Shown here: piece by piece, positions 27,925 to 37,998 of the stretch
How the letters are laid out: every line of letters begins with the position of its first letter
Numbering within the stretch: position 1 is the first letter of the stretch
DNA from: a virus
Lineage: Duplodnaviria; Caudoviricetes
Strand: one strand, 5' to 3'
IMG/VR virus record: IMGVR_UViG_3300029288_000092
Coordinates: 32,001-96,000 of that record
Length of the DNA: 64,000 nucleotides
Program-made: the position numbers and the translations under genes
The notes under the pieces: model-generated
What the model was told of the DNA's origin: nothing
The model's input: only the letters and a program-made list of their open reading frames with translations
Databases searched by the model: none

Positions 27925-30900
27925 TTAAATATCAAGTTCTTCCAACCCAACAATTCTCATGTAATCCTCTGTTAATTCTAATGCTGGATTTATTTTTCTT
28001 TGCTCTGGTAAATTAGCATGCCCACTTATTAATATATCGGACAACATTTTTCTTTTCAATGCCATATCATCACTTGCTGGACCAAACAGTTCTCTTATAA
28101 TTTTATTTGCACCATATGCAGATAATACCCAGCTGTCCAGTTCTCCAACAGTTTGACCTTTCTCTTTATTTGCAGCAGACGGTTGTTTTGTTTTCTGCGA
28201 ATATGAACCTATAGATCTGACTGTTAATTTTTTTTCTGCCATATGTTCCAGTTTATGAATAAACATATATCCAACCGGAACTTCTCCATTTGTTTTCATA
28301 TCATATTCTGGAAGGAACAATTTATATTTTGTTTTCAATCCAAGAATTTTCATTGCTTCCATTATATCTCTGACTTTTGGTGCATCAAATGGTGGAACTA
28401 TTATTGGAAAGAATCTTTCATTCCTCATTTCTTGAAATTCTATTTCTGACATGCCGATTAAAGATGCCATCATTTCTTTTCTTATTCTCTTGTCAGCAGT
28501 ATTATCAAGATGAGCCATGACTTTGAATAATAATTTTGTAAAAGCGGACTTGCTAAGATTCTTTGCTTCATCTGATAATTTTTTTGATATTAACCCACAA
28601 TAAACTTCAAAAACTTGTCCCATGTTAATACGACTATAAATACCAAATGGGTTTAGAATAATATCTATTTTCTCTCCCCATGGTGTTACTGGCATTTTAT
28701 CATCATCTTCCATAAGAGTAATAACACCTTTATTTCCATATCTATTTGAAAGTTTATCTCCGTCCTTAATATCTTTTTCTGTTTCCACATAAACTTTTAT
28801 AAGTGTTCCATCAATTTTCTCACCACGAATAGTATATTGTCCTACCCTTTTTGGATCACCAAATTTATCAACCAATTTTGTCATTGTCGGATTTATACTC
28901 TTGTGATTACAGTATAATTCAACAGAATAAATTATTCCCTTATTGGATTTCAATGTTATTGTTTTTTCAGTGGTGATATCTAAATCTCCAAAATCTTCCA
29001 TCTCACCAAGCAATGGAACTATATTTTCTGGAACAAATTCAACAAGCACATGTCTATCTTCTATGTGTTTATCAATATCAATATCAAAATTGACCAATTC
29101 ATCTTTCTGGGACAAAAATATTTCAAATACCATTGAGTGTCTACTTGTCAACGCTTTTTCACTATACAACCCTTTTCTTATAACAACTCCATCTTCAAAA
29201 TTAGAACCCTTCCATTGCATAAAAGCACATAACAAATTTCTTCCAAGTGCAAGCTGACCATTTTTAAATAAATGATTAGATACTATAACCTGCCCAGATT
29301 TAACCTTATCTCCAAGTGCAACATCAGATTTTAATTCACTAACGCTATGAAAACTTTGTCCACTTCTAAGAACAACTCTTCCTATTTCAATTTCTTCTGT
29401 TTCCCCATTCTTATATTGAACCTTTATACTATTCTCATTTATCTCCACTATCTTGCCATCATCTTGAGCAGTGACTATAAATTCACCAGAACTATAATTT
29501 GCTATTAAAGATTCATATCCAGTCTGGACTGCAGGAACTTCATTATTTATAATCGGAAGAGATTGTTTCATCTGATTGGAAGCCATAATACATCTTGTTG
29601 GCTCATTGTTTTCTATAAATGGAATAAGAGATGTCGTCGGACTTAACATTCCAGTTTTTAAATTATCATCTATTTTTTTTATTACTAAATGTCCATATTT
29701 TGTTCTATAGTTTGCAGAATTTGTCAGCTGTTGAACCATACCAATTGCATCTGACTGTGGAGTATCAATTGGATCTATATTCCCAAAATATGTGGGGTGA
29801 ACTCCTCTCATTTCAAGCAATTCAGCATTAGCATCTATTCCACCAACTCCTCTGTATGTTACGCGAGTTATTGATGAGATTTGCTCCAGGGGATTAACAT
29901 ATTCCGCAGTCTGTGTCAATGATGATGTTAAAATGTCAGTCATGATTTTATTCTGATCAATTTCAAGTTTAACCGATTTATTCCTTAATTTTGTTTCCCC
30001 ATTATATCTGGAATATGCCAAATCAAAAACATTCTTAATAGCCATTGGAATAATTTCAGTACTTCTAACACGCATTTTACTGATATCATTTCTTGCTTGG
30101 AAATATCCTTCAATTAATTTTGGGATAACATATTTATAAATATCAATAATATTTGTTGGTTCATTATTTGACAAAAGAATTTCCTTTGTTTGTTTATCAA
30201 TAATATTTGCATGGACGGTTTGAATATTATATTTTGCATTCTTATTTCCAGTCAAAGCGGAAATGACATTATTCCATAAATACTTTCCATCTGAGAATTT
30301 GGAAGTATAATCCTTTAAACGTTTGAAATCATTTTTTAATACTTCCCATTCTGGTTTATTAAATATGATATTAATCGTAGTATCTTTTGTTTTTAATTTA
30401 ACTAATGAATTCTCGACATTATCTCGCGTTATCTGAATCCCAAAAACTTTATATAATCCTTCTTCACCGAATGCAGCTAAAAACCCAAGGATAAATGGCA
30501 TTTTCATTCCAGAACAAAACATACTAAAATATGGCTCTTTAAATGTTTTAAATTCTATCCTTATAGGAGCATATATTGAATGAATATAAACTGTGTGCGG
30601 CTTTGGAAAATAAATTGGATTAGCAACCAATTGATTGATCAAAACCTTTTTCATTCCATTAACATATATATAATTATTTTCAATAATGGCCGGAACTTTA
30701 AATTTGACAATCTGCAACTGACCATTTGCCAATTTTAATTTTGCAGTATACTGGACAAAAACACTTTTAAAAACTTCAGTTGGCGCACTGGTAATAACCT
30801 CTTTCTTTATATCCATCAGTTTAACCGGGATATCATTATCCTTATATGAATTTAAAATTTCAGTTATATATTCATCCTGAAGTTGCGTCACTTCATTTAT

Positions 30901-32061
30901 TCTTTTAACCATCACGTTATTTAATAACTGATTATTGTGTATTTTTTTAATATCCATATTTTTGACAAGTGGATGCTTGGATCTATTTTTTATATCCATA
31001 GATGGCAATATAAATTCTTTTGTTTTTTCTATAACTTTCTTAGCTCCATGTTTAGAAATAGCTTTTTTATTTGTAGAATCATCAGTATTGAAAACATGCT
31101 TCAACACTTCAGCAGCTAATTCTTCATCAGTCTCAATATGTTTAAATTCTTCTTTTGTTTTACCACTTGTAATATTTGATCTGATAACTTCTTTTGCGGT
31201 GGAAATATCCAATTTATCATCTTTTCTAAAATTTTCATTACTCTTATTAACATTCCCATCTGTTTTTGATGTTTCTGCTTTAACTTCAATTTCACTTGTA
31301 GTTGGTGTCATTTCTGTTTCTTTCTGATCTGGCAACTCTTTGTTAACTTCCTCAGCTGGTTTTTCAGCAGCAATTTCTTCTTCAAATTTCATGTTTCTTA
31401 AATATGCCATTAATTTTCCAAGATTAAATCTTTTGTCACCTTTCCTATAAATCATTCTATATGTGACCGTATCATATTCTTCATTAAGCAAAAACATATC
31501 ATCAAAATAATTTGATCCCATTTGAATTTGTTTTAATAAAGGATATATTCTCCGTTTAAAAATATTTTTATCAAATGGCAATTTATTATTGAAATGATAA
31601 AAGATAGTAACTTTATATCCTTGATTTTTAAATTCTTTTGCAAAATCATTTAGAATATTGCTCAGCATCATAAATGGAACTTTCTGCCTCAGATCAGGAT
31701 ATTTATTTTGCAATATTTCCATCCATGGATTAAAATCGAAATAAAACGGTCTGTTCAATCCTAATATTTTTTCCTTTGTCATAAATGGAAATAATTTATA
31801 TGCTGCCCTAATATTTTGTAAATCACTGCCTTTTGGAAACATTCTTATAAATTTATATACAAATCTTGGTAATAATAAATTTCTTACGAACATTACCGGA
31901 ATATTTATTTTTGGAAATACATCCAAAAATGATTTGTTATTTTCAGATATATATATTATCGCAATCTTATCTCTTGGTGTGATATAAACCTTTTTATCTG
32001 TTGTAGAGAACAACATAAATTGATTTGGTTTTTTTGCTTCCAATAATAAATCATTTGACAT
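27925..32061 (-). CDS. rpoB: DNA-directed RNA polymerase beta-like subunit (unsplit) with N-terminal extension
   Basis: YIYVNGMKKVLINQL, RGVHPTYFGNIDPIDTP, MASNQMKQS, GSNFEDG, GDKLSNRYGNKGVI, DIILNPFGIYSRINMGQ, KLEHMAEKK, GQTVGELD. Confidence 0.95.
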   Translation of the reverse strand: MSNDLLLEAKKPNQFMLFSTTDKKVYITPRDKIAIIYISENNKSFLDVFPKINIPVMFVRNLLLPRFVYKFIRMFPKGSDLQNIRAAYKLFPFMTKEKILGLNRPFYFDFNPWMEILQNKYPDLRQKVPFMMLSNILNDFAKEFKNQGYKVTIFYHFNNKLPFDKNIFKRRIYPLLKQIQMGSNYFDDMFLLNEEYDTVTYRMIYRKGDKRFNLGKLMAYLRNMKFEEEIAAEKPAEEVNKELPDQKETEMTPTTSEIEVKAETSKTDGNVNKSNENFRKDDKLDISTAKEVIRSNITSGKTKEEFKHIETDEELAAEVLKHVFNTDDSTNKKAISKHGAKKVIEKTKEFILPSMDIKNRSKHPLVKNMDIKKIHNNQLLNNVMVKRINEVTQLQDEYITEILNSYKDNDIPVKLMDIKKEVITSAPTEVFKSVFVQYTAKLKLANGQLQIVKFKVPAIIENNYIYVNGMKKVLINQLVANPIYFPKPHTVYIHSIYAPIRIEFKTFKEPYFSMFCSGMKMPFILGFLAAFGEEGLYKVFGIQITRDNVENSLVKLKTKDTTINIIFNKPEWEVLKNDFKRLKDYTSKFSDGKYLWNNVISALTGNKNAKYNIQTVHANIIDKQTKEILLSNNEPTNIIDIYKYVIPKLIEGYFQARNDISKMRVRSTEIIPMAIKNVFDLAYSRYNGETKLRNKSVKLEIDQNKIMTDILTSSLTQTAEYVNPLEQISSITRVTYRGVGGIDANAELLEMRGVHPTYFGNIDPIDTPQSDAIGMVQQLTNSANYRTKYGHLVIKKIDDNLKTGMLSPTTSLIPFIENNEPTRCIMASNQMKQSLPIINNEVPAVQTGYESLIANYSSGEFIVTAQDDGKIVEINENSIKVQYKNGETEEIEIGRVVLRSGQSFHSVSELKSDVALGDKVKSGQVIVSNHLFKNGQLALGRNLLCAFMQWKGSNFEDGVVIRKGLYSEKALTSRHSMVFEIFLSQKDELVNFDIDIDKHIEDRHVLVEFVPENIVPLLGEMEDFGDLDITTEKTITLKSNKGIIYSVELYCNHKSINPTMTKLVDKFGDPKRVGQYTIRGEKIDGTLIKVYVETEKDIKDGDKLSNRYGNKGVITLMEDDDKMPVTPWGEKIDIILNPFGIYSRINMGQVFEVYCGLISKKLSDEAKNLSKSAFTKLLFKVMAHLDNTADKRIRKEMMASLIGMSEIEFQEMRNERFFPIIVPPFDAPKVRDIMEAMKILGLKTKYKLFLPEYDMKTNGEVPVGYMFIHKLEHMAEKKLTVRSIGSYSQKTKQPSAANKEKGQTVGELDSWVLSAYGANKIIRELFGPASDDMALKRKMLSDILISGHANLPEQRKINPALELTEDYMRIVGLEELDI

Positions 32062-32079
32062 TTTAAATCACCCCTATTT

Positions 32080-34149
32080 TCAGTATAGCATTTCAAGAAT
32101 AGAACTGCTCATTTGAGTTGTACCATCTATATCTTGATGATATGCTGTGATCAATCCTTGATGGAATGAATTCTGTATATCTTCAAACATCAATCCCAAT
32201 TTCCAATTATCCAAATATGGAATCGATTTTATTCCAACCTTATATGGATTCCATTTTTTAGTTAATCTTGCCAACAATCTATGATTATCAAAATCTCTCA
32301 AAATTTGAGACATCAATACTTCAATGTGAACTAAATCCATTGTCGTGATGTCATTATATTTATCCCATATTCTATTAAAGATTGTCAAAATATTCCTAAC
32401 ATTTTCACGCTTATCCAAATAAGAGACCAACTGATCTATAACCAGAGAAAAATTATCTTCTTGATCTGCTACAATAAAAAACTGTTCTCCTGCTTTCACA
32501 TCCAAAATAATTTTTTCTTTATCAATAAATACAATTTTATTTCTCAATATGGTTATACCCGTATCTGCTTCTAATAATACATTTCCTTTTGTTGGATGAT
32601 CTAATATCATGAATAAACTTGGGATAAGAATATTTCCTTCCTGTGTTTCTATTATTGAATTTTTTTGAATTGTTCCTAATAATATTTCCAGTTTGATGTT
32701 TTGCAATGCAATAAGATTTTGCCCATCCTGTTTGAATATTCCTTTCAATTCATTTTCATCTAATTGAGTTTGATTTTTTATAAATGCTTTCATAATATCA
32801 AAAATTTGAACAGAAACTATACCTCCGGTATGGAACGTTCTCATGACCAATTGTGTTCCACGCTCACCTATAGATTCCCCAGCAAGAACACCAATATTTT
32901 TAGTTTTGATGATTTCTCTTAATTTTCCATAACATGTGTGGCATATTTCTCTTGATTTGCAGAATACTGGAGATCTTAATTTTAAAACTTTAAATCTAGA
33001 AACATTATCTGGGGTCAATTCAATTAAATTCTCATTGTCATCCAAAACATATCTTCCATAAACCCTGCTGCTTATGTTGGGGCTATTGGCTATATCAAAT
33101 GTCCTGTTTGTCTTACAGTCGTGGACATCCTCGGATAATCTGCAACAACTCAACGCAAAAACTAATTTTCTAGTCAAGTATCCAGTGTCTGCAGTTTTTA
33201 GTGTTCTATCTGCCAATCCTTTTCTTGCACCACTACCAGATGCAAAATACTCCGATGGTTTTAACCCATCCACAAATGAAGAAGAAATTGATGTTGTCAG
33301 ATTATTACCAGCATCAGAAATTAATCCCTTCACTCCCAACATTTGTGTTATCTGAGACATCTTACCAGACGCTCCAGATATAATAGAATCATATATCGCA
33401 GATCCACTATTCTTTAATCTTTCAAGAATGACTTTTCCCATATCTTCTATTATTTTTGTTTTTTCCGATAAGTCATCTGTTTTCTTAAATAACTCTCTTA
33501 ATTTTATAATTTCTTTATCTTCGCTTATTAATAAATCATCCAATACAATACTTCTTGGATAAATTGTTATAACCTTATATGATAATTCTTGCAATTCCTG
33601 CACCACATTATTAAGCCTATCTTTATAAAACATTAATAATTTTTTGAACAGTGGTTGAAATTTCTTACTATTAATTGTTTCAAGAATATATCCATACTCT
33701 TCAGCATATTCTTTAAAGGAACTATTAAATAAATATTTTCCAACAGTTATTGTTTTACCTTTAATTTTTATTCCTTTTTCAATATTTTTAAGCATCTCAT
33801 TAATATCAATGACACTCCCAGTATACATTTCTTTAATCACATAATCTTTTGTCAATATATATATACCTTGAAAAATATCTTTTTTCAATTCCAAAGATGG
33901 TTGATACATTCCCTTATGAGAATTCATTGTCATTAATAGTTCTCTTGCTTCAGTGGTCGCTTCATCTGTTAGCAGGGCATAAACAGCCATAGTATCTTGA
34001 ACAAACACACCGTCGGCGGTAGAGAAGGTATACCAATCTTCAACTGTAAAATCATATCCAGTTGTTTTAGTTTCATCTCTAGTTATTTCTATTTCAGATA
34101 TAGGAATTAATTCAAGATTTTGTTTTTCAAGATTTTCTTTTATTGACAT
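32080..34149 (-). CDS. rpoC: Split-intein C-fragment (52 aa) fused to the RNAP beta' C-terminal half
   Basis: GYDFTVED...F..ADGVFVQD|TMAVY; bridge helix GARKGLADRTLKTADTGYLTRKLV; Zn site RSPVFC...IC..CYG; trigger loop SIGERGTQLVMRTFHTGG. Confidence 0.93.
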   Translation of the reverse strand: MSIKENLEKQNLELIPISEIEITRDETKTTGYDFTVEDWYTFSTADGVFVQDTMAVYALLTDEATTEARELLMTMNSHKGMYQPSLELKKDIFQGIYILTKDYVIKEMYTGSVIDINEMLKNIEKGIKIKGKTITVGKYLFNSSFKEYAEEYGYILETINSKKFQPLFKKLLMFYKDRLNNVVQELQELSYKVITIYPRSIVLDDLLISEDKEIIKLRELFKKTDDLSEKTKIIEDMGKVILERLKNSGSAIYDSIISGASGKMSQITQMLGVKGLISDAGNNLTTSISSSFVDGLKPSEYFASGSGARKGLADRTLKTADTGYLTRKLVFALSCCRLSEDVHDCKTNRTFDIANSPNISSRVYGRYVLDDNENLIELTPDNVSRFKVLKLRSPVFCKSREICHTCYGKLREIIKTKNIGVLAGESIGERGTQLVMRTFHTGGIVSVQIFDIMKAFIKNQTQLDENELKGIFKQDGQNLIALQNIKLEILLGTIQKNSIIETQEGNILIPSLFMILDHPTKGNVLLEADTGITILRNKIVFIDKEKIILDVKAGEQFFIVADQEDNFSLVIDQLVSYLDKRENVRNILTIFNRIWDKYNDITTMDLVHIEVLMSQILRDFDNHRLLARLTKKWNPYKVGIKSIPYLDNWKLGLMFEDIQNSFHQGLITAYHQDIDGTTQMSSSILEMLY
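33994..34149 (-). other. Split intein C-part (blocks F and G), ending Gln-Asp, +1 Thr
   Basis: Block F YDFTV..W.TF and block G DGVFVQD/T. Confidence 0.85.
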
Positions 34150-36083
34150 TTAATTTCCCCTAATTTTAATCTAAACTTTAAGTTTCCACAATCCCACAAC
34201 CTATATAACCCCTCTTGGGCTCTCAATATCCATTCTGGAATATCCAAAGGCTCATCTTTACGTTTTCTATATTTAAATCGATGATATCTATTCATATTTT
34301 TAACATACCAATAATTCAATCCTGTCCAACCAACATCCTCGAAACCAAGCGTTCTATATAAATCACCATTACTCCACCTCAAATCAGCATATGTAAAAAT
34401 TTCTTTTGGTTTATTTTCTTTTATAAAAAAAGAAAGAAATTTACTAGCCATTCCAGTAATGGTATAATCTATTTTAACAGCAAATCTTGACAATTCATAA
34501 ATATTATTATCTTTATTTTTGTTTCCTTTAGATATACTTGGTTTTGAAAATGTCATAACAGAAACCAATTCATTTTCATGGAAAGCACCATATCTCATTC
34601 CAGAGTTATCATTGCCTTGAATATGATTTTCATCTAAAAAACTTCTGCATATATCACTAGATATTTTAACGATTTTACATTTTCTAGCATATATTTTATT
34701 ATTATTTTTATGTAAGATGTTTCTTATTCTTGATTTTACAATTTCTTTTTTATTACACCATTCATCTTCAAATATTTGTATTAATTTAACATTCTTTTCT
34801 TCTGCCTTTTTATACTTTATATGGTGTCTTCCCATTTCCTCTTTTAATATATTTTTAATAAATTCTTTATTTTCTAAAATATTATCCTTATTATATTTTG
34901 TAATTTCCGGTCCTTCGGAATGCCACCATATTCCATTCATTTCTATACCGACATTATAATCCAGAAGATAAAAATCTATCTCCAATGGCGATATTATTTT
35001 CCTATCCAACGCAGTATATTTTACGTTCAATTCCATCAAAAAAGATTCCATCTCCAATTCCATATCTGTTCTATAGGATGGATAACAATCCATGCACCTA
35101 ACAGATGATTTATTAAATGTCAAGAAAGAAAATTTTTTTCCGCATTTATTGCAAATCGCAGTTCTTTTATCTGAATATACAAACATATCCTCTATTGAAT
35201 TCTCAAAAGTATAGTTAAGAATCAGATCATTATATATTAACTCCAATTTTTTCTTCCAGTTTTTATAAAAAGATTTTTTAACTTTAATTTTAGTTTCATC
35301 AGATTGACTAATGTTATCAACCCCGTATTTATTTTTAACTCCATCTTTTTGAAGTTTTTTACCTTCTTTACTCTGCCATGGATATTTTGTTCCCCAATTC
35401 TTCAAAGAAGTATTTATTTTTTTTGTTTTGAAATCTTCCGATTGGCTTATATTATCAACCCCATATTTTTCTAACATTGTCTGTTTCATTTTATCTTGAA
35501 CTTCTTTTGATTGTGCTGGATTATCAACTCCAAAATGTAATCTTGTAGTTTTTTTCTTTTTTTCTTTAATTAATTCTGATTGACTATTATGATCAACGCC
35601 ATATTTTTTTCTGGTGCTTTCTGTTGCTTTTTTTCTAACCTCTTCTGATTGTAATGACCAATCAACACCATATTTTTCTTGATTTATATTTTTTATTTTA
35701 TCAATTATTTTTTTGGATTTACTTGGGTTATCAACACCATAATTCTTTACCCATGTTTCTTTTTTCTTTTCGAGAATTCCGGGTATTTGACTCGCATTTG
35801 TAACTCCGTATTTTTTAATTAAAGTTTCTTTATTTTTATTAATAACATCCGGATCTGAATTTTTACATTTCGAGCAACAATATTTCCTATATCCGACATT
35901 TAAACCATCAAAAACTGTTTTATTCCCACATATTTTACATTTTCCTTCATTTTCATTTTCTTTGATATATTTATCATAGTAGTCATTGATGGATATATTA
36001 TGTTCCCATTTCATATGCCCAAATGATTTACAACCTAATTCTTTCCCGCATATTCTACAAATATGTTTTTCATTAACACTCAT
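34140..36083 (-). CDS. Free-standing homing endonuclease (Zn fingers, KYGVDN repeats, Vsr/PD-(D/E)XK-like nuclease, Hef-like C-terminal domain)
   Basis: CRICG...H...H, CKICG...YCC..C, about 8 (K/N)YGV.N.SQ repeats, EIDFYL...GIEMNG.WWH, IFEDEW, YARKC...NHIQG...YELSRF...TYADLRWS. Confidence 0.85.
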   Translation of the reverse strand: MSVNEKHICRICGKELGCKSFGHMKWEHNISINDYYDKYIKENENEGKCKICGNKTVFDGLNVGYRKYCCSKCKNSDPDVINKNKETLIKKYGVTNASQIPGILEKKKETWVKNYGVDNPSKSKKIIDKIKNINQEKYGVDWSLQSEEVRKKATESTRKKYGVDHNSQSELIKEKKKKTTRLHFGVDNPAQSKEVQDKMKQTMLEKYGVDNISQSEDFKTKKINTSLKNWGTKYPWQSKEGKKLQKDGVKNKYGVDNISQSDETKIKVKKSFYKNWKKKLELIYNDLILNYTFENSIEDMFVYSDKRTAICNKCGKKFSFLTFNKSSVRCMDCYPSYRTDMELEMESFLMELNVKYTALDRKIISPLEIDFYLLDYNVGIEMNGIWWHSEGPEITKYNKDNILENKEFIKNILKEEMGRHHIKYKKAEEKNVKLIQIFEDEWCNKKEIVKSRIRNILHKNNNKIYARKCKIVKISSDICRSFLDENHIQGNDNSGMRYGAFHENELVSVMTFSKPSISKGNKNKDNNIYELSRFAVKIDYTITGMASKFLSFFIKENKPKEIFTYADLRWSNGDLYRTLGFEDVGWTGLNYWYVKNMNRYHRFKYRKRKDEPLDIPEWILRAQEGLYRLWDCGNLKFRLKLGEIKCQ

Positions 36084-36097
36084 TTTTACAATCCTCT

Positions 36098-37630
36098 TTA
36101 TTTCTTTACCAAATATTTACCATCTGGTTCTAATAGCAAATCATTTGGTGTTATTTTTTTAAGGCAACCGTCCTTTTCGTCATACACAATTAAACTATGA
36201 TCCATAGATACCCAAAAATCCTCAAATCTATTTTTATCATCATGCAATTTGAACATTTCTAGATTTTCGTGTTTAGAATATTCTGTTATTTTTTTATTGT
36301 CAATATCGCCAGTGGAAAGATCTATGGCCTTAATCGATATATCTTTTATTGGTTTAAATTTAGTAACTATAATCCCAGAATCTTTTATCTTCGTTTTAAT
36401 TTTTTCCACCAAACCAGAATTTTCTATGTCACTAATATGTATTAATACTTCTTTCCCATCTACAAATAAAAGTATATTGCTTAAATTTGAATCACCGTCG
36501 AAGTCAGCGTTCAGTCCCTCGCATACGGCATTGTTTATTCTCAAAACACTTCCATCAACAATAACAGGTTCAAATGCCCTCCAACTATCTCTATGAAGAG
36601 CAGGATCTCTTTTTGCACAAATCATTCTATCTTTAGAAACTTGAATAACAATTTTCTTAATTTCGCCATATAAAGGAGAATCAGATTTGATCATGTTTTG
36701 ACTGATATCTTTCAAAACCTTTTTACATTTATCCAAATAATCTTCCTTTGGATACATTTGAGAAAGCATATCAAAATATATTTTTTCTTGCTGTAATAAT
36801 GAATGCAATATAAATGGTTCAAATATTCTTACAGCAATTCTCATTGTTATGCCCATCTTGTTTGGTGGCATTTCTGGGTCACCAACTATAACACCTCTAC
36901 CCGAATGATCTACCCTTTTTCCCAATAAATTAGATCTATAATATCCTGTTTTCTTTCCCAATTTAAGTTTAATAAATTCATATAAATTATTATATGCCAA
37001 TTGAATTTTAGAAACAAATGTTGAACGGGTCAATTCATCAAACCCATCCAGATTTGAAGGAATAGATCTACACACCTTAATAATTTTTATATAATATTCA
37101 TTAAGCTCATCAGGCATAAAATCACCAGTCTGTCTATTTGGGTATATAGGTCTTCTATCTGGAGGAATGATTGGTATTTTAGAAGTAAAAAGTTTTTTCT
37201 TATTATTTTTTAATATATTTGCAAATGCAGTTCTGTCAGGTGTATCCACCCTGAATTCAAGACTATTATACACCGTTATTAAACCAACAATACCATAATG
37301 CTCTGCATCTCTTTCGGCTAATTCTATGGCACCTTCTTTAGTTACATTAAATCCCAAATCTTGATTAACAATGTCTTTAATTTTTTGATCTAGTCTTATA
37401 AGTATTGAAAAAACAACGGGATTGAAAATCTTAACTCTTAAATCAATACAAGCATACGCTGAATGATATTTTTCACTTCCCTTAGAACCAAATATAATTG
37501 GGCTGAACAATCCAGTTTCAGAATATTGTTGTAATCTTTCATTTTTGAATATTTTTGAATCATTCACTATTGGCAAATGAGCGCAAAAACTTTCTAGATC
37601 TAATAAAGATAATTTGGTTTGCTCAGCCAT
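36098..37630 (-). CDS. rpoC: RNAP beta' N-terminal half (380 aa) fused to a split-intein N-fragment (130 aa)
   Basis: GLFSPIIFG, IPIIPPDRRP, NLLGKRVDHSGRGVIVGDP, KRDPALH, VCEGLNADFDGD|SNLS...; intein block B FWVSMDHSL. Confidence 0.93.
   Translation of the reverse strand: MAEQTKLSLLDLESFCAHLPIVNDSKIFKNERLQQYSETGLFSPIIFGSKGSEKYHSAYACIDLRVKIFNPVVFSILIRLDQKIKDIVNQDLGFNVTKEGAIELAERDAEHYGIVGLITVYNSLEFRVDTPDRTAFANILKNNKKKLFTSKIPIIPPDRRPIYPNRQTGDFMPDELNEYYIKIIKVCRSIPSNLDGFDELTRSTFVSKIQLAYNNLYEFIKLKLGKKTGYYRSNLLGKRVDHSGRGVIVGDPEMPPNKMGITMRIAVRIFEPFILHSLLQQEKIYFDMLSQMYPKEDYLDKCKKVLKDISQNMIKSDSPLYGEIKKIVIQVSKDRMICAKRDPALHRDSWRAFEPVIVDGSVLRINNAVCEGLNADFDGDSNLSNILLFVDGKEVLIHISDIENSGLVEKIKTKIKDSGIIVTKFKPIKDISIKAIDLSTGDIDNKKITEYSKHENLEMFKLHDDKNRFEDFWVSMDHSLIVYDEKDGCLKKITPNDLLLEPDGKYLVKK
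36101..36490 (-). other. Split intein N-part (Ser1, block B SxDH)
   Basis: Begins immediately after NADFDGD (36491-36511) and ends DGKYLVKK-stop. Confidence 0.85.
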
Positions 37631-37657
37631 TTATACACTCCTTGTATTTCAAAGTTA

Positions 37658-37670
37658 TTTATTTTTGTTC
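37658..37670 (-). promoter_or_regulatory. Putative phage promoter motif GAACAAAAATAAA
   Basis: Recurrent motif ~30 nt upstream of the beta'-N start; overlaps the upstream stop codon. Confidence 0.45.
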
Positions 37671-37988
37671 ACTAGTTTCCTTATTTGCTAAAGAATTTTT
37701 TAATTTTATTGTATCCATTATTTTTTTTCTCCTACTTTCGGATTTATCGTATATATCATCGTCGATTGTAAATACAATTGAAGGATTAATATCACTTCCT
37801 AATATATCTTCAGGAAATAATAATTTTGGCGGGGATAATACATTTTTCATTTTCTCATCGTCGTTAATATAATTTACCAAATACTCTTTTAGTGATATGC
37901 TTTCTTCATAATTATTAATAGAAACTATACCAGGAATATAAAACAAATTTTTAAATTTGTCAATCCATTCAGGAGTTAAATTCATCAT
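37659..37988 (-). CDS. Hypothetical protein in the RNAP locus
   Basis: ORF with a GGGGG RBS. Confidence 0.6.
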   Translation of the reverse strand: MMNLTPEWIDKFKNLFYIPGIVSINNYEESISLKEYLVNYINDDEKMKNVLSPPKLLFPEDILGSDINPSIVFTIDDDIYDKSESRRKKIMDTIKLKNSLANKETSEQK

Positions 37989-37998
37989 ACTTCCCCCC

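Noticed and set aside
35300-35850. DNA repeat array in the endonuclease gene
   Set aside because: Degenerate protein-level KYGVDN repeats typical of this endonuclease family, not a nucleotide array.
34140-36097. Group I/II intron interrupting beta'
   Set aside because: No non-coding room for a ribozyme core (gaps of 14 nt and a 10-nt overlap). Both halves carry intein blocks, and the C-half has its own RBS and ATG.
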